From: Octopus bimaculoides
Taxonomy: Eukaryota
Assembly: GCF_001194135.2 (NCBI RefSeq)
Contig: NC_068986.1
Coordinates: forward strand, 51,588,753-51,652,752
Length of the DNA: 64,000 nucleotides
Direction: 5' to 3'
Shown here: piece after piece, positions 25,745 to 39,575 of the stretch
How positions within the stretch are numbered: position 1 is the first letter of the stretch
How the letters are laid out: each line of letters begins with the position of its first letter
Made by a program: the position numbers and the translations under genes
Notes under the pieces: generated by a model
Database searches by the model: none
What the model was told of the DNA's origin: nothing
The model's input: the letters and a program-made list of their open reading frames with translations, nothing else

Positions 25745-25787
25745 CAACAATAAATTCAGATACTCACCTGGAAAAGAAGAAAAGAAA
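25745..25787 (-). promoter_or_regulatory. Candidate recursive splice site (ratchet point) with 23-nt cryptic RS-exon
   Basis: Minus strand: TTTCTTTTCTTCTTTTC-CAG|GTGAGTATCTGAATTTATTGTTG|GTGAGA. The acceptor at 25768/25767 is immediately followed by a consensus donor, and a second donor lies 23 nt downstream. Confidence 0.6.
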
Positions 25788-26019
25788 TATTTAATTGTTT
25801 ACTGAATACATGAGATAACAGTATATAGTTTTGTTTTCAAGCAAATATTATCACACAAAGCTATAAACCTGTACAAGGTTTCAAAAGCTGGTAAAAAGCA
25901 TGCTGTATATTTATTATTTAGTAAAACAAGCAGCTAATACAAGCTGATCCTTTATACAAAATGTTTTGGGCTGGAAAGGTTTCAGATTTATAAAAAAAAA
26001 TATTAGGCTTTGTTTTTAA

Positions 26020-26244
26020 TCTTTTATTCTTTTACTTGTTTGTCATTTGACTCCAGTTATGCTGGAGCACTGCCTTAAAGGGTTTTAGTCAAAGAAATCG
26101 ATGCCAAGACTTCTTTTTAAGCCTAGTACTTATTCTGTTGGTCTCTTTTGCTGAACTGCTAAGTTGTGGGGGATGTAAACACACCGACATTAGTTATCAA
26201 GCAATGGTGGGGAGACAAGCACAGACACACTCACATAAATATAG

Positions 26245-26305
<61 letters not shown>

Positions 26306-26455
26306 ATGTGGGCTTCTTTCAGTTTCCATCTACTAAATCTGCTCACAAGGCTTTGGTTGGCCCAAGGCTATAGTAGAAGAGACACTTGCCCAAGGTGCCA
26401 TGCAGTTGGACTGAACCTGGAACCATATGGTTGAGAAGCAAGCTTCTTACCATCT
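26020..26455 (-). mobile_element. SINE family A, full length with internal (TA)n(CA)n
   Basis: Head, internal microsatellite and tail all match 6415-6815. Confidence 0.82.
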
Positions 26456-27390
26456 ATATATTATTTCAGAATGATTGTATATTTTGCATTTGATAGAACA
26501 GTTTGGTAGGATGGAAACGTCCAAGCACTTTTTGGAATTTTCCATCTGTAGCATATCCCAGACGTGTAAAACTTTAGAATTATGCAATCTCTTTTTTTTA
26601 TATTATTATTTCTATAAACTTGCAGCATTAAATTTCTCTTTAAAGGCAAAGGAATAGAAGAACCAATAGTTCAATAGCATCATAACTAGTCAAAGTAGTA
26701 AACTTAAGATATTCATTTTCAACTTATGTAATATAGACTGGAAAGGAATGGCTGATATACATATTTCAAAAAGTTGTACAAGAGAAGGAGAAAATGAGAA
26801 AGCTACACTGGTAATAAATAATGAGTACAAGTTGCATATTGTCAACTTTCCAATTCAATAAATGTGATGCATTTAGATTGTAAAATAGTTTTCATAGGAA
26901 TCTAGAGATGTTGAAGGTTTTGGCAGTTTCTGTAGCAAAAGAAGAAAAATACAATGAGATGCTTGTTGCTTCATGTGTTTCATAGAAGTAGTTTTGAAAA
27001 CATTAGTATTGATTTACATCAGATGGACCGAGGAAACTTATGGACTAGTGTGAATAAAATGTCAGTAGCTACAAATTAGCCAGCTATATTTATATCTTTA
27101 GAGATTAGATGTGAAATATTCATCAGGAAGCTTTCAGTTTACAAAGTTGAGTGGTCGATCAGCTAAACGACAAGTGGGTAGATACTGTTAGCACACATGA
27201 GAGTACGAATCTTATACATTAAATAAAATAATAGTGAATGATGTGTAACTAATACATTAATATAATACTGTAAGCCTATCTCATACAAGTCAGAATGAAG
27301 AAGCACACTTAGAATACATGATGATTTTGCTGATAGGAAACCAATTGATCATTTATCAAAACTTATCCCAGCATTCTATATATTTACAGT

Positions 27391-27455
<65 letters not shown>

Positions 27456-27984
27456 CATCATCGTTTAACGTCCGCTACAAATACGCATAAACACACATTG
27501 CAGCCAATGCTGTCTTATTAATGTTTATATATCATAAATTTTATATGTGCCAGCATTTTATTCGAAGCCTGTTTTAAGTGCGTATTTTAATTTATATATT
27601 AATATATTTTTCTTAGCAATTATTTTTATTTCTGATTTCATTTTCTACTTTAAGATTTTGTAACTTATATCTAAATTGTATTCTACTCTAAATTTTACAC
27701 TTCAATGTTTTCAAAATTGTTTTCTTTTACATACAATATCTTGACACATTTTATTGTCTAACTCTTTCAGATGCCTTTCTACCAAATTATTGCAGACAGT
27801 TGACTAAATTATTTATCTTTCTCTCTATCCATCAAATTTTAAAACTCAAAGGTAACTGGAAATATATATATTTAAGATCTACAGAATAGTAATAATTAAA
27901 GGTGCTAAAATACTAGTCTGCAAGTTATGCGCTTCAGCTTTGTTGTAGCCACTGAGTTAAGTAATACCTATATTCCTTTATTCT

Positions 27985-28345
27985 TTTATTTGTTTATTTG
28001 TTTCAGTTATTTGACTGTGGCCATGCTGGAGCACTGCCTTTAGTTGAGCAAAATTATCCCAGGACTTATTCTTTGTAAGCCTAGTACTTATTCTATTGGT
28101 CTCTTTTGCCAAACTGTTAAGTTACGGGGACGTAAACGCCTCATCAGTCATGAAGCGATGTTGGGGGACAAACACACACACATGATGGGCTTCTTTCAGT
28201 TTCCGTCCACCAAATCCACGCACAAGGCCTTGGTTGGCCCGATGTTATAGTAGAAGATACTTGCGCAAGGTGTCACGCAGTGGGACTGAACCCGGAAGCA
28301 TGTGGTTGGTAAGCAAGCTACTTACCACACAGCCACTCTTGTACC
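27985..28345 (-). mobile_element. SINE family A, full length, relatively young
   Basis: Retains many CpGs (TTACGGGGACGTAAACG, TTCCGTCC, AACCCGGAAG). Confidence 0.85.
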
Positions 28346-28487
28346 TATATGATAACTCAATCAGAATCACATTGCCCTTATACTAAATTATTACATTTGC
28401 TTCACAGTGAATTACTGAAGTTGCAAAGGGATTAATTTATTTTGAATAACCATTTTGCTTTTATTTGTTTTTTTTCTTTCCCTATCA

Positions 28488-28660
28488 GGTGTGGCTGTGT
28501 CGTTAGAAGTTTGCTTCTCAACCACATAGCTTTACAGCAGTCATACTGTGCTGCAACTTGTACAGGTATCTTCTGGTATAACCCCAGACTGACTAAAGCC
28601 TTGTGAGTGGATTTTGTTTAGAGAAACTGGAAAGAAGCCTGCCATGTATGTATGTATGTA

Positions 28661-28719
<59 letters not shown>

Positions 28720-28720
28720 A
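28488..28720 (+). mobile_element. SINE family A head ending in (TA)n
   Basis: GGTGTGGCTGTGTCGTTAGAAGTTTGCTTCTCAACCAC...GAAACTGGAAAGAAGCC. Confidence 0.75.
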
Positions 28721-28736
28721 CATATGTATGCATGGA

Positions 28737-28778
<42 letters not shown>

Positions 28779-30899
28779 TGTGTGTGTGTTAATGTTTCCC
28801 TATATTTACACTGTATGACAATTGTAAGTGAGGGCCATCATCATGCAAGTGGTGTCCTTTGTTTCAGGTCATCTGAGACATATCTGGTCATGGGAAATAT
28901 TATCTTACTAGAAAACAGAGAAGAGTTTGTGACAAGAAGAGCATCTGACCTTAAAAAAAATCCACCTCAGCAAATTCTGTCCAACCCATGCAAGCAAGGA
29001 AATGTAGAGGTTAAATGATGATGATGATCAAATTTATTATGCTAGCATAAAGAGGAACATTCTAGTGGTTCCACTATCTTGACAATGTTGCGTAAAATTT
29101 GCTGCTTTCTTTCAGCCAATATGTTTCCATAATTGTGGTTTTTCAGACCAATTTATTTACAAAGGCCAGGATTCATAGTATTGGGAATCTCATCCTTTTG
29201 TATTTTACAAATTGAGGAAACATCAGTGATATTTTATGCATTCAAACATTATTCTATTTCCAGCAAAACATTCAATGCAGCAATAAAAAAAAAAGTATAT
29301 ATTTCTATCATTGAAAGTAGTTTTAGAAAAGAAAATATGCAACACAGTATTTGTTTTTGGAAAGATAGATGTATTTCAGATATAGCTTAGATAGGTATAT
29401 ATTGGCAAATAATCATGAAGTCTCAGATTTAAGTCTGCTGTATGGAATTTTTGGAAACTGCACCCCTCCTCCAGCCATTACTTTGCATCAAACCAAGTCT
29501 TGTGAGAAAAACTGGGTTGACAGAAATGGTATGGAAGCTTATTGGGTGGCTTCCAGCCTTGTCATGCATTGTGTCATGCTGTTTCAGTCAGAGAATTGTG
29601 CTAAAGCTTACATGCTTTTTAAACATTAATTAAACAAATAGCTAGCCCAATCAATCAAGAAACAAAATGCTAACCAGCAAAAACCTATATTAACTCCATC
29701 TTCATACATTAGTGAGACTTCCATAGTGGTCAATAGACTTGCAAAAGGGCTGATAGACCGGTAAGGGAGTACCATTAGATCAACTGTGTGAAACAAAATT
29801 AGACAGGATATTGAGTAATACGACAATTTTTAGCTTGTGACTATACATCATTTCTAATTTCAAATGATTAACATTAACAGATTTCAGCTTTAGATATTTT
29901 AATTCGAAAGAAAGCATAATTTGATGAAAATTGAAACACCAACATTCCTCAAATGAAAGAAACATGATAAGCTCCAACTAATGAGGGAGACTATGGGGTA
30001 GCCTCACCTACAGAAAATGGTAAACACATCTTTCTCAAATTACACCATAAAGTCTTGGAAATTGATAAGCATATTGGATAGTGTAGGCCAAGATACACGA
30101 AGCCCAAAAATAGGTAATGATGGCCAAGGATAGAACATTTTTGAACATAGATCTGCTCAGTCCAGGCTAACATCAATAACATTATAAACCTTATTTTTTA
30201 CTATTTACATTGACTTTTGATAAAGAAAAAACTTTTCACACAAAAACTATAGTGTCTGTATTGGTCAGGGATAAAAACGTGGTTCCATTCCTGTCAGAGG
30301 CAACCATATTTTTCTCTTCGGATGCCAAGTTTGTACAAGTGTATTTGTTTATGCTAATAATCTGAGAAGTTATACAATCAAATCTACTACTACAAACTGA
30401 TGGATATATGTAAGTTTGAGACAAAATTTAACCTTAAAATCACTTAGCAAAACAGAGTTGTATTTTCTCTAATACAAGTACAAAGAAAAGATTATAAGAG
30501 AAAAGTAAATGTCAATGCAACTAATTTAATCTACTTTAAATAAAAATTTCTCTAGAATCATTGTAAGATTAAGAAATAATATAAACAAGTTGACTAGTCA
30601 GATGTTATTACTTTCAAAAATACACAGAGATTACAACCAATAATCCCAAATGAAAGATTCATGAATGGTTTGTCCAAAAGTCCTCAAAACAGAAGCTTCA
30701 AGACAGGGGAGAAACTTAAGCCATCAGTAATTTACTAATTCAGCTAAACTTGAATGTTATGAAGAATTTTCCAAAAAACGAATCTTCCAAAATATGACTG
30801 TGATGCATTTAAATGATCTGCTTTTAAAATTTCGAAATAACTTAGTGGAAATGCATACACACTTATGCATGCATTCACTAACAATATCTTGTTCCCATA

Positions 30900-31095
30900 T
30901 ACACACATATATTGATATTGCACACATATACACACATATATACATACATACATATATATATACATACATATATACATACATATATATATACATACATATA
31001 TACATACATATATACATACATATATATATACATACATATATACATACATATATATATACATACATATATACATACATATATATATACATACATAT

Positions 31096-31126
<31 letters not shown>

Positions 31127-31212
31127 CATACATATATACATACATACATACATATATATATACATACATACATATATATATATACATACATACATACATA
31201 TATATATATAAA
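30900..31212. repeat. Compound (TACA)n/(TA)n microsatellite
   Basis: Visible low-complexity array. Confidence 0.97.
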
Positions 31213-31358
31213 TAAATAAATTAATTAATATAAACAGCTAGATGCAGTATAAGACCATAAAGGAAAAATTATCATCACTACTTGTGACTGAGGGTGCTGA
31301 AGCACCTATATAGCAAGAAATAAGAAAACTCATAATGCTTTATGCAACACACAATATA

Positions 31359-31399
<41 letters not shown>

Positions 31400-31427
31400 A
31401 GATACTTATACATATACATATGCATAC

Positions 31428-31477
<50 letters not shown>

Positions 31478-31849
31478 ACACACACATATGCATACATATA
31501 TTAAAATGTACATATGTTTGTATGTTATTAGGCCTTAGCCAACAGTTTATTTATAAAACTGAGGAAGCCTTTGCACAATCATTTATCCATCAAGTAATGG
31601 AAATCAAATTAATTATACTCAAACCCTATCATCTTCAAAAAAAAATGAGAACACATCACATATTGTAGTCATTACACAAAGGGTGGGAGAGGTATGGTTA
31701 AAATGTTGCTGATCATAGATTTTGCTAAATTAGCACTGCCCTAAAGTAAATATCAACTTCTAGTCACAAAAAGTATGTTTTCTTTTTCTTTTTTTCACTA
31801 GTTGAGTCTAGAGAAAGAGGGCCTGAGAAGGCCACTGGTCTTTGCAAGC

Positions 31850-32300
31850 CTTCTTAGACCAGAGAAATTAATGTCATTAATGTCCCTCTTGAACCTTTTC
31901 AAGTCAACAACCATGGGAAATATGAGCAAGGATGGAATCCAAGAGGGCCAATATTCTGGGAAGGGCTCCATGTAGTGATTAGTAGAGGAGCTGAAATGGA
32001 ACTTGAACACAAGAGGAAGAAGAGAGTGGGTCAGGAATACCTAAGCAGAGGTGGCATGAAGCTAACAAACTCCAAGGAACAAAGACCATTATAGTAAGCA
32101 GAGAAAGAAAATAATGTTTCACTGGGCCAGAAGCTCAAGTCTGTCTGTGAGTGACTTTATGCCATTCAGTAGGGTAGTCCTTTTCTGGAGGCAGCAGCAT
32201 CTGCTGCACAATTCCAGATTTTAGAGCAATGCTCTAAAGCCAGGTCGGCATGGAAAATGTTAAATGAGGATGACTCTATTGTGAGCCTCATGTGAGCTTT
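31850..32300 (-). mobile_element. CR1/L2-group LINE ORF2 C-terminal remnant
   Basis: Frameshifted translation gives LALEHCSKIW, YYNGLCSLEFVSFMPP and STNHYMEPFP...IFPMVVDLKRFKRDIN. These match the post-RT tail of CR1-like LINEs (LEYCSHIW, YY.G.CS.EL, SF.P..W..LP...F....DL..FK). Confidence 0.65.
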
Positions 32301-32334
32301 GTATTATGTTCTTTTTGATTTACTTTAGAAACAT

Positions 32335-32700
32335 GAGCATGGCTGTGTGATAAAGAAGCTCACTTTGCAACCATGCAGTTTTGGGTTCGGCCCTATTATG
32401 TGATACCTTGGGCAAGTATCTTTTACTATATCCTCATGCTAGGCAATGACTTGAGATTGAATTTGGTAGATGGAAACTACATATATATAAGTATGTATAT
32501 ATGTGTGCGTTTGCTTCTCCACTACTGCTTGATAACTTGTGTAGGTTTGTTTACATCTCTATAACTCAGTGGTTTGGCAAAAGGGGCCAATAGAATAAAT
32601 ATCAAATTTCAAAAAATATTTGTTTGACTAAAACCCTTAGAGGTAGTGTCCCTGCATGGCTGTAGACCAATGACTGAGGCAAGTAAAAGATAAAAAATAC
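32335..32700 (+). mobile_element. SINE family A, full length, diverged
   Basis: GAGCATGGCTGTGTGATAAAGAAGCTC... through ...GACTGAGGCAAGTAAAAGATAA. Confidence 0.75.
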
Positions 32701-35559
32701 TATAAAAAAAACTATTGATCTTGAGAATAAAAATTTTTTTTTATAAAACGACATGCATTTTTTCCAAAAGCTGAATATTAATTATATAATATGGCAAATC
32801 AGCATAATTCAACTTTGTCTCTGGTTAATTGTAGAGGGAAATAATATTAGTTAGAGATCTCAGATGAAGAGGAATGGAGAAATAGTAATGTTAATTAAAT
32901 ATAATCATGACTCTACAAGTCAGAAACAGTTATAAATTTGCTCTAAGATTTTATTTAGAATTTTTTTTTTTTTAATTATTTGTTTGAAAGGATTAAATTC
33001 ATTTACAATTTAAAAATACGCATGTTTCTATTTTGCTGGTGTTTCTTTTATATCTTGAAGTAGATGCTTTAGTTTCAATATGCTATCCCCATAGTGAACT
33101 ACTCAATTATAAAGGACTATTGTTTTATTTTTGGTTAAGCAAACAGATAGTGGTTGAGTAACATGGGCTTGCAGTGGCTTTAAAATATTGAACAACAAGA
33201 TGCTGGAGTCTTATTACTACTACTACTACTACTACCACCTCTTTACCCTTTTTGTCTTGCCAAACAGATCATGTAGTCAGTGTACTTCAAAATTTTTCAA
33301 TTATTTCCAGGATGATAAGCAAATCTATTTAATTGATTTGTATTTAAATTAAATATCTTCCAAGAAGTATTGTCAATCTGAAGTACCTTCACTTATATTT
33401 GGAAAAGAAGAATCTTTCATGATAAAATAATGTAAATTTGAAAAAAAAAAAAATTTTTTTCTTCTATAAATTGGAACTTAAAAAATGCTTCTGAATGTAC
33501 TTGATGCATGTGCATGTGTGTGCACGTGTGTGTGTGTGTGTGATGTGATGTATGTGTGTTTTATATCATCAGTTCATACCTGTCAACTTCAACAAAATCT
33601 AGGAGTACATGATGAATACTGTCAAAAGCAGAGTAATGTTTTTGTTGTTTTCAACAGAGAATTTTGGCTCCATATATAAAATTAAAAACATATATTGTGT
33701 GCATGTTGCAATTCCATGTCATCTTCCAGTTATTAATCACTAGAATAGAATGTTAATGCACTTTAGCAGTTATGAATGAAAAAAAAAATTAATTAACTTT
33801 CAAAAAGAAAAATCAGTAAATTTGTTTTTGTGTATAATTCATATCTATGACGATGATTTAAATACTTATTATGGAGAATGATTATGTATAGCTAATCTTA
33901 TATGTAATTTTTAATAGCAAACAAAATGAAGTACAAGTAATATGAAATAATATACAAATGCTGGATTTTGTTTCTTTTGACAAATGGCAACATCTTGAAA
34001 ATGTTATGATCATTAGACATAGACAAAGCAAGATCATCATCATCATCATTGTTTAACATTTATGTTACTTGGTGCCATGGGTTGAGCAGTTTGACAAGAT
34101 CCAATGGATATAAGGACTGCATTATACTCCAGTATATGCTTTGACATGGTTTCTATGGTTGGATGCCCTTCCTAATGCCAACCACATTAGAGTATATCAA
34201 AGTATGGCTACTCCTATTTAGTAGGAGACAAAGAGAATGATCAGTAGGAGCTGTAATATGCTTACAAAAGCATTGTAGCAGTTTTCAGGTTTTGAATGTT
34301 AAGCAATGGATGAAAATCAGCTTTTAGGAGAGATGGAGAAAAAGAATAAAAGAAGCAACTTAATTCATAGTCACACAACTGACAGAAACATCGCATTATA
34401 CATTTGAAAAGAATTGCCTTTTTTGACAAATATATTTCTGTCAAGAAGATTTCGAAGTACTCCATTATATACACATATGCACACCAACTGCCAAATACAC
34501 CTATCATCATCCTTTTTACTGTTCTTCCATGCTAGCATGGGTTAGACAGATCTTCTCCAATATACTATCTAGCCACTTGGCATATTGAACTTGATAATAT
34601 ATATATACATAAATCTGTGTGATTCACTCCATTGCAGCACATAATGTCTCACTCAAAGTTATATTTATGGTGACAAAAATAATGAACAGCTATGTAAGGA
34701 ATTACTAGCATCATAAAAATATGTAAACTACAAATAAAGCAGTTTCTTTGAAGTCTTGGGGTGCCTACAAAGCTATTGGTACACTCTTTTCTCACAGACC
34801 ATTACAATAGAAATAGATATATCATCATAATCATCATTCTTTTAATGTCCACTTTCCCATGCCTGCATGGGTTGGATGTACTAGTATAGCTAGTGAGTGT
34901 GCAGTAGAGGCGGTCTGCCCTGGGTGGCACTTTGAAAGGGGCACCACTTTTGAGTCTGCTGTAGGCAATATATAATTTTTGTGGGGTCCAGTGGTGGCAA
35001 ACGGAAGGGCTATCCCAGGTAGCACACACTCTAGCTATGCTAGTGGTTGGAAGGAATTTGTTGAGGTAGATTTTCTACAGCCAGATGCCCTTCCTGTCAA
35101 CAACCCTCACCTGTTTCCAAGCAAGATAACATTTCCCCTTGACCAAACATATTTACACAGAATATTGGAACTGAATGACACTTGTATGCAACATTCATGT
35201 GATTTCAAAACAAGGACATACACACACATATGATGGGCTTCTTTCAGTACAAAAACCACTCAGAAGGCTTTGGTCATCCTGGGGGATATAACAGAAGACA
35301 CTGGCTAAAGGTGCCATGCCATGGGACTGAATCTGAAACCACGTAGCTGGGAAACAAACTTTGCCACAAAGCCATGCCTGTATATGTATATACTTATATT
35401 TATTTTTCATTGTTGAGCTCCATATCAGCCCTATTCAAACTGACAGAAGACTGAAGGCTTTCCAAACATGTCTATCACAACTCATATCGAAGCATAGTGC
35501 ACCTAGGACTTCATTATTCAGTGTGTCCTTTTCTAAGACTGTAATGTATGCATTGTGAA

Positions 35560-35850
35560 GGCACGTAGGTTAGTGGTTAGGGTATTCAGCTCATGATTGC
35601 AAAGTCATGAGTTCAATTCCTGGCAGCGTGTTGTATCCTTCAGCAAGAAATTTTATTTAATGTTGCTCCAGTCTACTCAGCTGGCAAAAATGAGTAGTAC
35701 CTATATTTGTGTCACATTGAATCTTCCTGAGAACTACATTAAGGATATGCATATCTGTGGAGTGCTCAGCCACATGCACGTTAATTTCACAAGCAGGCTG
35801 TTCCATTGATCAGATCAACTGGAATCCTTGTTATAACCAATGGAGTACTA
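35560..35850 (+). mobile_element. tRNA-derived CORE-like SINE
   Basis: A box (TAGTGGTTAGG) and B box (GAGTTCAATTCC), then CAGCAAGAAATTTTATTTAATGTTGCTCCAGTCTACTCAGCTG. Confidence 0.7.
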
Positions 35851-35968
35851 ACAACAACTACAACAAGTGTATGCTTAACAGAAATCTGTTCTTGTAGGTT
35901 GGGTAAGTACTTAGAGAGTCCTTTGTTTGCTTATATATTTGTATATATATTTTGCGCGCACGTGTGTG

Positions 35969-36009
<41 letters not shown>

Positions 36010-36253
36010 GAGTGAGTATACATGTGTATATGTGCATGTGGGAGATTATCTTAAGAAGACCATACAAATAGAATATATCCGAACATAAAGTGAAACATTA
36101 ATTTACACACAATGGGTCCATCAATTGCATAAGTTATGGGTTTCAAAAGCAACAGATACATTGGTTTCTCCTGAGGGAAAACCAATATATCTACTAGTTT
36201 TGAAACCTTTGTACAACTGCTGGATGCTCAGCTTGTGTATATGTATGTGTATA

Positions 36254-36290
<37 letters not shown>

Positions 36291-37179
36291 ATGTGATTAA
36301 TTACTAGATGTATATGAGAATACTCAATAATAAGTAAAGTGGATATATGCATATTTCAAGTTGAAGAACTGACTCTAATATGATTTACTACACACTATGC
36401 TCTTCAAATTGAAATAAATAACTGAAACACCTCCAAATACAAATAACTTGAATGAAAAAAATCAAACAAACAAAAATAAATAAATAAATAAATAAATAAA
36501 ATTTCACTTGTACTTCTGTGCAGGAGTGAAGATATTTAAAATACTAGGTTTAAGATATAAGCCAAATGATTGAAACAAGTAACAGAATAAAAGAATGTAT
36601 ATACATACATGTAGACATACATACACACACACATTCTACTGATGAGATCTCACATAGTTTCCACCAACCAATATTCACTCAATAGGCTCACAATTTCAAT
36701 TACAATGTATGACATACTGTGCCACACACTATGACTCAATAGGAAACCATGTAGCTGTGAAGCAAACCTAGTAACCATACAGCCATACCTGTATGGAGTG
36801 TATTGAATTTCTCTACTTTGAATTCATGTGGTTTCATTATGACACGGTATAGTGACAGCTATGCATTTAGAGCAAGAAGCAACAGGAGGAATAAAACTTG
36901 AATTTTTAACAAGTCTTGGCACTCTAAGTAACACTGGAAACATGGCAACATTTGACAATTTTTGTACAGTGCATTATAAAAAAAATGTTTAAAAAGAGTA
37001 TCTAATCCAATTTTTAAAATGTGAGAGAGTGAATAAATGAATTAGTGATTGTGTGCTCACTATGTTTATATAAATATATGCCATTTATATAAATGTAAGG
37101 TTCAATGATGCTGAAATTTTAAATATATGCACCAAACTAAAGCAATAAAAATATGACATACAGATTTAAAACCTCAAAT

Positions 37180-37593
37180 NNNNNNNNNNNNNNNNNNNNN
37201 NNNNNNNNNNNNNNNNNNNNNNNNNNNNNNNNNNNNNNNNNNNNNNNNNNNNNNNNNNNNNNNNNNNNNNNNNNNNNNNNNNNNNNNNNNNNNNNNNNNN
37301 NNNNNNNNNNNNNNNNNNNNNNNNNNNNNNNNNNNNNNNNNNNNNNNNNNNNNNNNNNNNNNNNNNNNNNNNNNNNNNNNNNNNNNNNNNNNNNNNNNNN
37401 NNNNNNNNNNNNNNNNNNNNNNNNNNNNNNNNNNNNNNNNNNNNNNNNNNNNNNNNNNNNNNNNNNNNNNNNNNNNNNNNNNNNNNNNNNNNNNNNNNNN
37501 NNNNNNNNNNNNNNNNNNNNNNNNNNNNNNNNNNNNNNNNNNNNNNNNNNNNNNNNNNNNNNNNNNNNNNNNNNNNNNNNNNNNNNNNNNNNN
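37180..37593. other. Assembly gap
   Basis: Run of N before (TA)n. Confidence 1.
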
Positions 37594-37635
<42 letters not shown>

Positions 37636-39381
37636 AAGTAGAAATGGATGCACTCAGAGCTCGACAATTTTACCACTCAGGTTTCAGCTCTTGTCGTTAA
37701 TCACATTAAACTCCTACTGTTGCATGATCATACAGGATTTTATGCTTGCTGCTTATATGAAGTACATCTATGGATAACATTCATAGTCAGACATCATTTA
37801 TTACCAAATACTGAAACATATGTAACAAGTGAAATAAAGGAAGGCCAAGTTCAAGTCCATGTTCTTTTCTCTCATTACATGTCTCTGCAGAGTGGTTAGT
37901 GTTAGGAAGGGCATCCAGCCGTAAAAACCATGCCAAAACAGACACAGAAATTTGGTGCAGTCTTCTACCTGGCCAGCTCCTGTCCAACCATTCAGCTCAT
38001 GCCAGCATGGAAGGTGGACATTAATCAATGACAATGATGATGGTGTTGATGACATACACACACATGTATGTATGCATGTGCATGTCTATGTATGTAAATG
38101 CATGAGCATGTCTATGTATGCAAATGCATGTCTATTTCTAGTTATAGTAGTTGATGTATAAGAACAAAGTTGAAAAGTCTACAATCATATTCAACAATTT
38201 GTTTCTTTTTTTATTGCTAAGTAGGAGGGAAAAGAACAGCATTTATGATACTATTCAGAGCTTATGAGACTGATGAGAAGAAAAGTAGATATTACTGTTA
38301 GACTGGGGATTTGGCTGAACTGCTTGCAGCAAGGTAAACTTTATTTAAGTTTAATAAAGCTCACCCCAGCTCTTATCTCACCATCGATGTGGTAACAAAC
38401 AATATATATAACAATGCATTCATTTTGTAAGCATTTGCAATTCCAGAATTAGTTCAGTTGCTTAGTTTTATTTTGGAATGGGTTGGTTGACAAATAAATA
38501 TAAATCATTGAGATGTGTTCAAACAAACTGAATGAAGAAAATAAGAGAAAAAAAATGGGGCAAACACAAGTTGGTCTTCATTACAGAGAAGACATTTGAA
38601 AGCAATTCCTATTATCTTTCACTAAATATTCTTTCAGATACAATCTATTTCCCAACGACACTATGTTTTGCACAAGTTGTCTCTCTCTTTCTGCTGCCTC
38701 CTACAACTATAAACTAAAAATAACTTAAATTGTTATCTATAATCTTGGCTGCTGCTTTCAATAATAGATTGCAATTTATATAACATTCTGCAATGAACTA
38801 GGACATGGGGAGGAAAAGAGGTGGGGGGAAAAGAATAAAGACGATTGAATTAATGTTTTTGGTAAGGATATTTAAAACCAATAATCAAACTAGTCAGATA
38901 AATTTATTTGATTCAACAGTCAGATCAGATGATTGCTGTTCTAGTCTTTTATTCTTTTACTGGTCTCAGTCATCAGACTGCAGCCATAACAGGGCACTGC
39001 CTTCAAAGACTTTAATCAATTATATTGACCCTTCTCTGCCCCTGGTGCTTTGCTTTGTAATAATTCTCTAATTCTATAAGCAGGAGATGAAAGGCAAAAG
39101 GTTGGCTAGTTGTAGAAATAATTTAACCCATTTGATACCAACCTACCTGAGACCGCCTTTAGTTCTGTGATATAAAAGTCCTATTTCAAAGAGATTTAAA
39201 TTAAAACCTTCTATCAAAATTTTATGCTGATTAATGTTCTAAATACCAGTTATTCTACTAAAGTTTTCAATATTTTCAAAATCAATAGAAATAAAGGCAG
39301 TATATGCCAACAAAAATATGTTCACAAAAAATATTAAGAAATATTTTCAGAATTGTTAGAGCATCAGATGAACTGCTTAAC

Positions 39382-39575
39382 CCTTTAGCATTCAGATTAC
39401 TGTCATGCTTATATTTTTTACATTGTTTTGAATTAATCATGCTTTATCTCATAGCTTCAAGGCTTTGATGATGTGATTTCTTTATTTTTAGAATGACATA
39501 GAGAAGGTGTGAGAGGTCAAATTTGGTTCATTTTTGAACATAAAACAGAATATTTTGGCTGGATATGGCTGGTTT
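39382..39575. mobile_element. piggyBac-type MITE (CCCTTTAGCATT family), far TIR eroded
   Basis: TTAA|CCCTTTAGCATTCAGATTAC..., homologous to 58522-58742. Confidence 0.7.

Noticed and set aside
30040-30150. Signal-peptide-like frame MFKNVLSLAIITYFWASCILAYTIQYAYQFPRLYGVI*
   Set aside because: Short, with no convincing donor or homology; hydrophobic frames are common in T-rich sequence.
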